NCBI GenBank assembly: GCA_963590525.1
Contig: CAVAPV010000004.1
Coordinates: forward strand, 1,465-65,464
Reading direction: 5' to 3'
Length of the DNA stretch: 64,000 nt
Source: Agathobacter rectalis
GTDB lineage: Bacteria; Actinomycetota; Coriobacteriia; Coriobacteriales; QAMH01
The position numbers were made by a program, and so were the translations under genes. A model generated the notes under the pieces. It did not search any database and was not told the origin of the DNA. It saw only the letters and a list, made by a program, of their open reading frames with translations. Below are positions 6,706-15,910 of this stretch, one piece after another (the first letter of the stretch is position 1; each line of letters starts with the position of its first letter).

Positions 6706-8574
6706 CTACTTAACCTTGAAAACGACCTTGACGGTCTTGAAGTAGGCGCCGTAGGAGACGCGCAGCTTGGCGACGTACCTGCCCTTCTTGGCGCCCTTCT
6801 TGAGGGTGACCTTGCCGCCTTTTACCTTGAGGCCCTTGGAGGCGGACACCTTGGACCATGAGGCCTTGGCGCCGGATGCGCTCCTCTTTGCCTTGACGGT
6901 CACGGCCCTGGCCTTGAGGGTCTTCTTGCCGGCCTTCTTCTCCTTCTTGGTGAGCTTGACCACCTTGACGACCTTCTTCTGGACCGCCGCCAGGGCGTCC
7001 TTGTCGCCGCTGTTGGCGGTTACCTGCGCCTGGGCTGCGTCGCGCACGTCGACCATCACGTCGAAGTTCCCGTCGCCCGCGTACTGCTTGGCGAGCTCGC
7101 GCTGCTCTGCGCTGAGGTCGCCGTAGGCCGTGATGGCAGCGTTGGCAGCGTCGAGGGCGTCTTGCGCGTTGGCGGCCGTGACGGGCACGTACTTGGACAG
7201 AACGTCCGTGATCATGTCGGCCGCGACGCGTGCGCGACCCTGGTCGAGGATCGACTGGACGGCGCTCACGCTCTTTGCGGAGACGAGCTCCTTTTGCAGC
7301 TTGGTGAGGGCATCGTAGGCGTCAAGCGCCGCCTGGGCGGCATCACCTGCGGCCTGGGCGTTTTCGCTTGCGACCTGGGAGTAATCCTCCTGCACCTGGG
7401 CTAGCTGATCTGCCACCTTCTTGGCAGCCGCCCTATCTGCTGCGGTGTAGGGATCATAGTCACCGTGCTCGACGGCGGTGAGAGCGGCGGCGCCGTGCCT
7501 GCCATTTATCTCATCGCAAACAGTCTGAGCCTCGTCCTTGGAGGCAAAGTAAACCTCGTAGCTCACCCCATTTTCTTTTGCGGTGAGCAGCCAGTTGGCC
7601 TCGCTCTTTGTTGCAGACTGAGAAAGCACCGCATATTTGCCACCTGCGCGCTTGAGCATGGCGTAACCATTGGCAACATCCTTGGCGTTGACATAATCAC
7701 CAAAGGTGCCGCCCTGGAACTGCGCCACGCCAGAGTCGAGGTAGCTGGTATCGATATTGTCGTTGAATACTCCGCCGGTGATCACAAAAACGGACGCCTC
7801 GTCAACGTACATGCACTCGTTGACCCAATCAGGACTCTCTTCAGTGCCGTAGTCGTACTTACCCGTAAACTCGCCACCGGAAATACGCACTTTGGTATTC
7901 GTGCGCGACCAAACGCCAATGTAAACCGCGTTGTCATTGTCAGCAGTAAACTTACCGCTTTTAATCTCGATTATCCCGCAATCAGAAGTACCAAAAGCAA
8001 CCTCGTCTTTAGCAACAAACTCGCCGCCGTTGACGGTGACGCTATCACAATTGTTAAGCGCAACAGCGTGCTTTGAATCAGATTTAAAGTTGCCGTTATT
8101 GAAGACAACGCTAGTTGCATCTTCGACTTCCAAGGCATTGCCCTCAGTAGCTGCAAACGTACCGCTATTAACAGCTACGCTGCCCTCTTTGACATAGACA
8201 AGCGGGTTATCTTTATCGTCTGAGTCTTCTGCCCACACAACGTTGACGCCATCAAAAGTCGAAGAGGAATTATAGAGAAAGGCTGCGGCGTCGGCACTTG
8301 CTTTGATTGTTCCGTTGGTAATCATCAATCCGCTGCAGCCTTGGGCCACAACCATGCCGGTAAGTGTTTTGCCGCCCAGGTTCAAAACGATGTTGTTCTT
8401 ATTTAAAAATCCAATGCCATCGCCCGCGCAATCAACAAGCAAGCAGACCTGGGAACCATCCACCGCTGCCTCGGCTGCGATTTTGAGATTGGCGTACGTG
8501 ACTGTGTTGCCATTTGTGATGACTCGCACAATGGGATCGCCCCATGTTCCACAGAGCGCAATATCAGCAATCAC
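6706..8574 (-). CDS. Body of a split surface protein: beta-helix-like repeats, an alanine-rich helical region and a lysine-rich C-terminal module. It has no signal peptide of its own.
   Basis: 622-aa ORF. The frame is open upstream to a TGA at 8665-8667, directly next to the G9 tract. Repetitive ..NGGEF/SGKF/SGGEF/TGGVF.. strands are present. The C-terminus reads ..ASWSKVSASKGLKVKGGKVTLKKGAKKGRYVAKLRVSY.. Confidence 0.7.
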   Translation of the reverse strand: MIADIALCGTWGDPIVRVITNGNTVTYANLKIAAEAAVDGSQVCLLVDCAGDGIGFLNKNNIVLNLGGKTLTGMVVAQGCSGLMITNGTIKASADAAAFLYNSSSTFDGVNVVWAEDSDDKDNPLVYVKEGSVAVNSGTFAATEGNALEVEDATSVVFNNGNFKSDSKHAVALNNCDSVTVNGGEFVAKDEVAFGTSDCGIIEIKSGKFTADNDNAVYIGVWSRTNTKVRISGGEFTGKYDYGTEESPDWVNECMYVDEASVFVITGGVFNDNIDTSYLDSGVAQFQGGTFGDYVNAKDVANGYAMLKRAGGKYAVLSQSATKSEANWLLTAKENGVSYEVYFASKDEAQTVCDEINGRHGAAALTAVEHGDYDPYTAADRAAAKKVADQLAQVQEDYSQVASENAQAAGDAAQAALDAYDALTKLQKELVSAKSVSAVQSILDQGRARVAADMITDVLSKYVPVTAANAQDALDAANAAITAYGDLSAEQRELAKQYAGDGNFDVMVDVRDAAQAQVTANSGDKDALAAVQKKVVKVVKLTKKEKKAGKKTLKARAVTVKAKRSASGAKASWSKVSASKGLKVKGGKVTLKKGAKKGRYVAKLRVSYGAYFKTVKVVFKVK

Positions 8575-8638
8575 AGGCTTGGAGAACTCGTAATCCGTTC
8601 CATCTTCAAGCTGCCAAGATTTAAAGCCTTTTTCGTCG

Positions 8639-9595
8639 CTAGACGGCGAGGAGGGGGGGGGTAATCATAGGCGCCTGATCGTAGAAGTGGACATCCCTGG
8701 TCTCTATATGGGACTGGCCGTCATTATAAGTAACGGTATGATCTTCAACCTTGTAGGCCACAGCAGGAGAGCCAAGCTCGGTAGCAGCCGTTTGGGCTGC
8801 CTCGTAGGTTGAGAAGAAAACAATATCAAGCTTTCCCGCACTAAGAACCGCGCCCTTGCTGTTGTTACCGCGCGCATCGGCCAGGTTCTTTACCTCGTAC
8901 GTCACACTATCATCGTTGTCTGCAACGCAAGCTACAGCTTTGCCGTCATCGAGCCTTCCTTTTAGAGGAAGCTCAGCAAAAGAGCCGCCTGCCAAGGTGA
9001 CGCTTCCATCAACAATGCCACTGTTGCCTCCCACAAAGGCACCTCCCTCAACAGTGGCTTTTCCCTGCGTCTCTGCAAGCAGGACATTCCATTTGTCAGC
9101 GCCCTCGTCATTGATAACTGCGCTATACGTTCCGCTCTTGACGGTCACACTGCCCACAGCGATATCGATGCAGTGGTGGTTGTAGGAAGTAGCAGTCACG
9201 CTGTCCAAAGTCACGTTGCAAGACGGCGTGCTGTTGGTACGCACAACGCTATTGTTGTAGCTAACAAGCGTGCCGCTCTTTACCGTGACGTTGGAATTCC
9301 TAACGTCAACAAGGTCTACTCCAGTTGTAGAGTCATCGGCATTGGAAAGCGTCTTGCCATTGAGGTCGATCACGACGTTGCCGTAGCGATTATCTAGTTC
9401 GACCCTGACCGTACCAGTGATGTTGCTTCCAAGCGTATAAGTACCTGCCTCATCAATCACGCAAATACTGCCCTCGGTCTTAAAATCCGATTGCGTCAGC
9501 GTCTTATCTACCGCAAACGCATTTGCCGGCAGCGCAAACAGCACCGCCGCAGCCGCGCTGGCGGCTAGCGCCAACAACGCTCTTTTCTTCTTCAT
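8639..9595 (-). CDS. Signal-peptide-bearing N-terminal part of the split surface protein
   Basis: MKKKRALLALAASAAAAVLFALPANAFA is a Sec signal. It has the same repetitive strand style as the downstream ORF (..VKSGTL.., ..VKSGTY.., ..VEGGAF.., ..LAGGSF..). It ends 5 codons after the C9 tract. Confidence 0.75.
   Translation of the reverse strand: MKKKRALLALAASAAAAVLFALPANAFAVDKTLTQSDFKTEGSICVIDEAGTYTLGSNITGTVRVELDNRYGNVVIDLNGKTLSNADDSTTGVDLVDVRNSNVTVKSGTLVSYNNSVVRTNSTPSCNVTLDSVTATSYNHHCIDIAVGSVTVKSGTYSAVINDEGADKWNVLLAETQGKATVEGGAFVGGNSGIVDGSVTLAGGSFAELPLKGRLDDGKAVACVADNDDSVTYEVKNLADARGNNSKGAVLSAGKLDIVFFSTYEAAQTAATELGSPAVAYKVEDHTVTYNDGQSHIETRDVHFYDQAPMITPPLLAV
8653..8661. repeat. G9 (coding-strand C9) homopolymer tract at the junction of the two surface-protein ORFs
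   Basis: Plus strand reads gagGGGGGGGGGtaatc. The coding strand reads ATG ATT ACC CCC CCC CTC CTC GCC GTC TAG. Confidence 0.95.
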
Positions 9596-9886
9596 AGGCT
9601 TAACTCCTCACTGCCCGCACCGGGCATAAATAAACCTCACAATAATACCGCCACGCAGCTGATCATATGGCGCAAAAGCGCCCGTCAATGCACGTTTTAC
9701 AACAAACGTTTTATTCAACGCACGCCACACCAATCGCACATGCAACTCGCGCCCAATCCCATCACGCCAACCGCCTCTGCTCGCCTGAAATAAAAATTTC
9801 TCTTGCGCTCGCCCAAAAGCGGGCTTATATTTCCAAACGTTACCTCGGCAAAAGGACCGAGAGTAGAATTTGAAAGGAATACCGTT

Positions 9887-10972
9887 ATGAAGTTCAACCT
9901 CAAGAAGGTTGGCGCTACCACCGTTGCAAGCGCCACCGCCATCGCACTCGCCGCTGCTCTCACCGCTTGCGGCTCATCTCAATCCTCTAACAACTCATCA
10001 GATTCTTCTACGCAGACCACAGCTACCTACAAGATCGGTCTGTGCAACTACATGGATCACGCATCCCTCAACCAAATTGCAGAAAGCCTGCAAGAAGAGC
10101 TCAACACTCTGGGCGAAGAAAACAACATCACCTTTGACGTCGACTACGAAAACGGCAACGCAGACGACTCCATCATCACGCAGATCATCTCCGACTTCCA
10201 ATCCAACGAAGTCGACGCCATGGTGGGCATCGCCACCCCGGTTGCCATGAGCATGCAGGCTGCGACCGAGGATACAGACACCCCCGTCATCTTCTCTGCC
10301 GTGACCGACCCCGTCTCTGCCGGCCTGGTCGAGTCTTTGGACGCACCCGGCGCCAACATCACCGGCACCTCTGACTACCTCAACACCTCTGCCGTGATCG
10401 ACCTGATGCTCGCGCAAAACCCCAACCTTAAGACCATCGGCCTGCTCTACGACGCCGGCCAGGATTCCTCTGCAACCGCTATCAAGGAGGCCAAGGAGTA
10501 CGCCGCAACCAAGAACCTCAAGGTCGTCGAGCGCACCGGCACCACGGTCGATGAGCTGCAGCAGGCAGCCCAGCAGCTGGTCAACGACGGCGTAGAGGCT
10601 GTCTTCACCCCCACCGACAACACCGTGCAAAGCGCAGAGTCTGCAATCTACGAGACCTTTATCGACGCCAAGATTCCCCACTATGCAGGCGCAGACAGCT
10701 TTGCCCTCAACGGTGCGTTTGCCGGCTACGGCGTCGACTACGACAACCTGGGCAAAGAGACCGCCCAGATGGTCTACGACGCAGTCGTCAACGACGCAGA
10801 CCCTGCAACCACCGCAGTCAAGACCTTTGACAACGGCATCTGCACTATCAACACCGAGACCTGCGAGGGCCTTGGCCTGAGCTTGGACGACGTCAAGACC
10901 GCCTTTGCAGACCTCTGCACCCAGATCGTAGAGGTCACCACGGCTGACAATTTCTCCGACCTGGAGAAGTAA
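9887..10972 (+). CDS. ABC transporter substrate-binding lipoprotein (ABC_sub_bind / PF04392-like)
   Basis: Lies within track ORF 9803..10972, with the start at MKFNLKK (9887). The lipobox is LTAC. It contains ..YKIGLCNYMDHASLNQI..VDAMVGIATPVA..ITGTSD.. and is followed by a permease and an ATPase. Confidence 0.8.
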   Translation: MKFNLKKVGATTVASATAIALAAALTACGSSQSSNNSSDSSTQTTATYKIGLCNYMDHASLNQIAESLQEELNTLGEENNITFDVDYENGNADDSIITQIISDFQSNEVDAMVGIATPVAMSMQAATEDTDTPVIFSAVTDPVSAGLVESLDAPGANITGTSDYLNTSAVIDLMLAQNPNLKTIGLLYDAGQDSSATAIKEAKEYAATKNLKVVERTGTTVDELQQAAQQLVNDGVEAVFTPTDNTVQSAESAIYETFIDAKIPHYAGADSFALNGAFAGYGVDYDNLGKETAQMVYDAVVNDADPATTAVKTFDNGICTINTETCEGLGLSLDDVKTAFADLCTQIVEVTTADNFSDLEK

Positions 10973-11215
10973 ACCCAACCGCTTTGAGCGCGAGGCAGGC
11001 ACATCGCTTGCCTTGCGCCCTTTGGCTTAAGCTTGCCGCGTGCTGCTTGCTTTTATGCGAGCAGGCAGCCCGATGCAAGCTGCGCAAGCCGTCGCAACCC
11101 GCTGCCGCAAGGTTTGACACCCGCAAGCAACGCAAGCGACGCCACTGCAGCCCAACTCAAACCACACTCCGCTAAAGGCCAGCACGGCGCCGGCCCACCG
11201 CAAAAGGAGGATGAG

Positions 11216-12169
11216 ATGATCGTTTCTTTGCTAGGCCCCCTGCAAACAGCTTTGGAGCTGGGTCTCATCACCTCGCTCACCGTATTGGCGCTCTTCTTGA
11301 GCTACTCCATGCTCAACGTCTGCGACCTCTCTACCGACGGCTGCTTTACCCTGGGTGCTGCCACGGCGGCGGTCTTTGTCTTGGCAGGCCACCCGTTGCT
11401 GTCCATTCCCGCCGCTATGTGCGCAGGCATGCTCTCTGGCCTGGTCACGGCGTTTTTGCAAACCAAGATGGGCGTTGACAGCCTGCTAGCCGGCATCATC
11501 GTCAACACGGGCTTGTACTCGGTAAACATCGGCATCATGGGTAACGCGAGCCTGCTCAACCTCAACAAACAGACCACCGTCTTTACCATGGCCAGCAGCG
11601 CGCTCAAGCACACGCCGCTGGCAGATTTCTCCAACCTCATCGTCATCTGCGCCTTTGTGGCTGTAGCCATCGTCTTGGTGAGCCTGTTCTTGCGCACACG
11701 TCTGGGCCTGGCCATTCGCGCAACAGGCAACAACCCCGACATGGTCAAGTCGTCTTCTATCAACCCGGTGATGACCATCATCATCGGCCTTGTGCTGGCC
11801 AACGCCTTGACCGGCCTTTCCGGCTGCCTTTTGGCGGAATACCAAAAGAGCGTCAACATCCAGATAGGCACCGGCATGGTGACCGTGGCCTTAGCGTCTT
11901 TGCTCATCGGCGAGGGCTTCTTGGGACGTAAGAAGATCCCCGCGCGCGCATGCGGCGTGGTGCTGGGCGCGTTTATCTTCCGCTTGGTGTACACCATCGC
12001 CCTGCGCTTTAACATGCCGGCGTTCATGCTCAAGCTGGTGAGCTCCATCATCGTCATCATCGCCATCAGCGGGCCCTACATCAAAAGCCGCTACCCGGAG
12101 TTCCACAAGAAGCGCATACGCCGCAAAGAACACCGTCAGGCCAAGGGCAAGGAGGCTGCAAATGCTTAA
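11216..12169 (+). CDS. ABC transporter permease (partner of the PF04392-type binding protein)
   Basis: Start ATG 11216 is preceded by AAGGAGG (11204-11210). The product is a polytopic hydrophobic protein. The 3' end overlaps the ATPase start. Confidence 0.8.
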   Translation: MIVSLLGPLQTALELGLITSLTVLALFLSYSMLNVCDLSTDGCFTLGAATAAVFVLAGHPLLSIPAAMCAGMLSGLVTAFLQTKMGVDSLLAGIIVNTGLYSVNIGIMGNASLLNLNKQTTVFTMASSALKHTPLADFSNLIVICAFVAVAIVLVSLFLRTRLGLAIRATGNNPDMVKSSSINPVMTIIIGLVLANALTGLSGCLLAEYQKSVNIQIGTGMVTVALASLLIGEGFLGRKKIPARACGVVLGAFIFRLVYTIALRFNMPAFMLKLVSSIIVIIAISGPYIKSRYPEFHKKRIRRKEHRQAKGKEAANA

Positions 12170-12947
12170 GATCGAGCGCATCTCAAAGACCTTCAACCCC
12201 AACACGGCAGACGCAAAGCTCGCCCTCAACGACCTGAGCCTCCATGTCTTGCCGGGAGACTTCATCACCATCATCGGCAGCAACGGAGCAGGCAAGTCCA
12301 CGCTCTTCAACGCCATAAGCGGCAGCTGGACAGTGGACGAGGGCGCAATCGAGCTCGACGGCGCAGATATCACCTTTGAAAGCGAGCACAAGCGCGCACG
12401 CAGCATAGGCCGCCTGTTCCAAGACCCCATGAAGGGTAGTGCCCCGGGCATGAGCATCTTGGAGAACATGGCGCTTGCCGCCGGCAAAGGCGGTTGGTTC
12501 TCATCCATAACGCGCAAGGACAAACAAGCCTATCAAGAGAGGTTGGCCCTGCTAGACATGGGTCTTGAAGACAGGCTCGACCAGCCGGTAGGACTGCTCT
12601 CTGGCGGACAGCGCCAGGCGCTCACCCTGCTCATGGCAACCTTCAACGCCCCTAAGCTCCTGCTTTTGGACGAGCACACCGCCGCTCTAGACCCTGCAAC
12701 GGCAGAGAAGGTTCTTGGCATCACGCGCCAAGTGGTAGAAGACAACAAGCTCACCTGCCTGATGGTGACCCACAACATGCAAGACGCGCTGAACATGGGC
12801 AACCGCACCATCATGATGGACTCTGGGCGCATCATCTACGACGTGCGCGGTGAGCAACGCCAAAGGCTCACTGTGGCAGACCTGCTGCTCAAGTTCAAAG
12901 AGAACGCCGGCAACACCTTGGATAACGACAGGATCTTGCTCTCGTAA
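12162..12947 (+). CDS. ABC transporter ATP-binding protein
   Basis: Walker A GSNGAGKST, signature LSGGQRQAL, Walker B LLLLDEHTAALD. Confidence 0.9.
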   Translation: MLKIERISKTFNPNTADAKLALNDLSLHVLPGDFITIIGSNGAGKSTLFNAISGSWTVDEGAIELDGADITFESEHKRARSIGRLFQDPMKGSAPGMSILENMALAAGKGGWFSSITRKDKQAYQERLALLDMGLEDRLDQPVGLLSGGQRQALTLLMATFNAPKLLLLDEHTAALDPATAEKVLGITRQVVEDNKLTCLMVTHNMQDALNMGNRTIMMDSGRIIYDVRGEQRQRLTVADLLLKFKENAGNTLDNDRILLS

Positions 12948-12967
12948 GGCAACGTCTGTCTAAGCGT

Positions 12968-14401
12968 TTACTCCAACGGCTGCTTGCGGTAAAAGACCAT
13001 GAGCACAAGCGATATCAGGCAAAACGCCGCAGCGCACATGAGCATCTGGAAGAACCCCTCAGCCCCGGGAGACGCGGCCACAAAACCCAGCAGCAGCGCC
13101 GGGGCAACCGTCGTGCCAATCTGACGCACCAACGCTATGGTTGCGATGGCAGCTCCGCTTTGACTGGGACTGGTGTTCTCGAGCACCATGTAGTTGGTGG
13201 GCGCGCCCATGACAAAGCCCAATCCCAAACCCATGATGCCCAGCCCTATGACAAGCAAGACAGTGCTGGCGTTGCCGAGGCATACCGTGGCGATAAAGAC
13301 AAAGCCCAAAGCCGAGACCAACAGGCCGCCGCTCATAACAGGCTTGGGCCCAAAGCGATCGATGAGCTTACCGCCAAGAGGCGGACCAAACATACTCACC
13401 ACGCCCACGGGCAAGACGTACAAACCGCCCGATCCAGTGGGTGCGTCCATGATGAACTCTGCCACCTCGGGGATGAGCGTCATGGTGATGATCACGCCGC
13501 CAACAAAGAAGCTCACCACCATCGTGATGACGATGGGGCGGCAGCTCAAGTATTCCAGATGAAACACCGGGCTTGGACTCTTGCGCTCTACCAGCGCAAA
13601 AGCGATAAGAGCCACAACAAACCCAGCCGCCGGAGCGAGCACCTGCACAGAGGCAAGCGAAGCCGCCAGGTTTGACACGTCGATATCCTGCAGCGCCATA
13701 AGCAGCAGCAAGACGGTGAGCACCATAAGAATCGAGCCGGGGATATCAAGCGGCTCTTTGGATTGCACACACCTGTTGGGCAGGCACATCAACGCAGCAA
13801 CGATGAGCGCAGCGCACACGGGCAGGGCAAAGTAGAAGAGCGCAGGCCAGTTGGCGCTGCCCACAAGACCCATCACCAAGCTGCCAACAGCGGCTCCCAA
13901 GACGTTGGCGATACCCGCCACAGCCGCCGCGATACCCAGCGCCATGCCGCGTTTTTCTTGCGGGAAGCTTGCGCCTATCTCTGCATTTGCCACGGGAATA
14001 ATGCCGCAGGCACCTACCGCCTGCACCAAACGCCCCGCGAGAAGCAGGCCAAAGCTATCCGCTACGCTAGACAACCCGCACACCAGCGAGCCAACCATAA
14101 ACGTTGCCAAGCAGCCGATAAAGACCGGCTTGCGGCCGCGGATATCGGCCAGCCTGCCCACAACGGGGATGCATGCCGCATAAAACAGCGTGTAGATGTT
14201 GATCATCCAGATGCCAGTGGTGTCGCCCAGGCCAAAATGCTCTTGGATAACCAGACGCACGGGCGAAACCATGCCAACGTACAGGCCACCCAAAGTGAGG
14301 CCCAAAAGATAGATAGCAAAGACAGCGCCCAGTCCGGGCGTTGCTCCAGATGTGTTCTTGTTCACTAAACAGCTCTCTCCAGCAAGTTTTTCTCCAAGCA
14401 A
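12968..14401 (-). CDS. MFS transporter (multi-TMS drug/metabolite exporter type)
   Basis: Contains ..GRLADIRGRKPVF.. (an MFS loop 2-3 motif) and many TM helices. The true start may be GTG 14365, which is preceded by GGAGAGAG. Confidence 0.8.
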   Translation of the reverse strand: MLGEKLAGESCLVNKNTSGATPGLGAVFAIYLLGLTLGGLYVGMVSPVRLVIQEHFGLGDTTGIWMINIYTLFYAACIPVVGRLADIRGRKPVFIGCLATFMVGSLVCGLSSVADSFGLLLAGRLVQAVGACGIIPVANAEIGASFPQEKRGMALGIAAAVAGIANVLGAAVGSLVMGLVGSANWPALFYFALPVCAALIVAALMCLPNRCVQSKEPLDIPGSILMVLTVLLLLMALQDIDVSNLAASLASVQVLAPAAGFVVALIAFALVERKSPSPVFHLEYLSCRPIVITMVVSFFVGGVIITMTLIPEVAEFIMDAPTGSGGLYVLPVGVVSMFGPPLGGKLIDRFGPKPVMSGGLLVSALGFVFIATVCLGNASTVLLVIGLGIMGLGLGFVMGAPTNYMVLENTSPSQSGAAIATIALVRQIGTTVAPALLLGFVAASPGAEGFFQMLMCAAAFCLISLVLMVFYRKQPLE

Positions 14402-14450
14402 AAGAGAATACTCCTTGGCGCGATACCTAAGAGCGAGAGCGCCTCAACCG

Positions 14451-14831
14451 TTACCCGCGGTAATCGCAGCGCTTGCATCGGGCAAGCTGCCCGGGTACGT
14501 TTTCCTCTCTAAAAAACAGGCCGCTCCACTGGCAGATATGCTGTAACACGGGCAAAACAGACTCGCCCTTTGCGGTCAGGTTGTACTCGACGTGAGGAGG
14601 GATTTCATCAAACTGCTTACGCTCGATAAGGCCGTTTTCGACCAGATCCTTCAACGCGCCGGCCAGGGCCGCATCGGTGACATCGGTCATCTCTCGCTTG
14701 ATAACCCCATAGCGAAGCGGACCATCGCTCAACACGCACAAGATGCGCGATTTCCACTTGCCTCCAAAGACGTCGAGCCCGTACTCGAGCGGACAGCGAA
14801 TGTCTTTTTCTGTCTTGCGTTTGCGCGTCAT
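14451..14831 (-). CDS. HxlR-family winged-helix transcriptional regulator
   Basis: CPLEYGLDVFGGKWKSRILCVLSDGPLRYGVIKREM...VEYNLTAKGESVLPVL. Confidence 0.85.
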   Translation of the reverse strand: MTRKRKTEKDIRCPLEYGLDVFGGKWKSRILCVLSDGPLRYGVIKREMTDVTDAALAGALKDLVENGLIERKQFDEIPPHVEYNLTAKGESVLPVLQHICQWSGLFFREENVPGQLARCKRCDYRG

Positions 14832-15022
14832 ACGGAACCCCTCTCAATGCTTACCATCCGCATCGTAAGCAGGAAAATCTCCTTATGGAAGTCACTATCA
14901 AAAGATTGAGTAACTCAATCTTTTTCAAAGCACTTCACCCCCAAAGCTTGCCTGCCTATTTTGGATTCATCGAACTAAGCGCGCCTGTTCAAAAAAGCCA
15001 CGACCACAAGAAAGGCAACATC

Positions 15023-15316
15023 ATGAACGTCAAAGCATATCTTGAGATCACCATGACCATCCCCCAAGACAACCGCGCTGCCGCCGCAAAGGTCTACACC
15101 GACTACCGCACTCCCTTCCTGGAGCAAATCGAAGGCGCGCTCACCAAGCAGCTGCTGGTTCGTGATGAGGACGTTCAGGTTCTCCACGGGTTCGATAGCG
15201 TCGAGCATGCGCAGGCCTATCTAAAGAGCAACATGTTCAACGATGACGTCGCCAAGGGCCTTGCCCCCACCTGGAGTGCAGAGCCCAAGATCGTCATCTA
15301 CCCCGTTGTTGCCTAA
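15023..15316 (+). CDS. Small hypothetical protein (97 aa), divergent from the HxlR regulator
   Basis: ATG 15023 lies within track ORF 14885..15316. I recognised no motif. The pairing with an HxlR regulator suggests it is that regulator's target. Confidence 0.5.
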   Translation: MNVKAYLEITMTIPQDNRAAAAKVYTDYRTPFLEQIEGALTKQLLVRDEDVQVLHGFDSVEHAQAYLKSNMFNDDVAKGLAPTWSAEPKIVIYPVVA

Positions 15317-15324
15317 AACAGCGG

Positions 15325-15513
15325 TTGGCAAAACTCGCTTTACGGGAGGCAGTTATGTGCAAAACGCCTTTGACCCTGCGACTCGTATGCACGCAGTGCG
15401 GTAAAGAAATCCACACCGCAGACAAAGGAAAACCGTGTCCCAGTTGCGGTTGCACGCAGCAAAAATGGATTCAAGTCCACGACGAGCAAACTCTCTGGCG
15501 CCGAGGCGCTTGA
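15325..15513 (+). CDS. Small zinc-ribbon protein (CxxC...CxxC), hypothetical
   Basis: Carries CTQCGKE...CPSCGC. ATG 15355 is an alternative start. Confidence 0.4.
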   Translation: MAKLALREAVMCKTPLTLRLVCTQCGKEIHTADKGKPCPSCGCTQQKWIQVHDEQTLWRRGA

Positions 15514-15910
15514 AGCTAAGCGCCCCTCCCGGTCTGGGAGCTGCAAGCTCTTTTTGGTTTCTCCTTTTCCTCATTTGCACTGCCGGCCTTGGGCTCCTTG
15601 CAGCCTAGAGCCGGCAGTGTCCTTGTATGTGCACAGCAAAGCACACGCAGCGCGACATGGCACGCGACTGCACATCATGGGGATTGCCCCATGAGAGCTA
15701 TCCGGCATCAAGAAGCCAAGCTTTTTATCTGCTTGAAACAATATGGACGTCGGCAGCGTCTAACCTAACATGGTTTGGTTTATGCGCCGCATGCGCTATC
15801 TGACGTGCAGCTTGAGGGGCTTTGCGCGTGCATCAGGACGCAAAAGGCGGGTATATACGCTACTGTGTGAGGTTATAACTGCCTGACTAGCCTTATCTCA
15901 AGGGGATTTT

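Noticed and set aside
15620-15910. Possible glycine riboswitch upstream of the Na+/alanine-glycine symporter gene, a classic riboswitch context.
   Set aside because: I read the ~290-nt upstream region on the plus strand. It contains none of the conserved cores I expect (GGAGAG ... ACCGAAGGGGCAA ... CUC). Only short generic hairpins are present.
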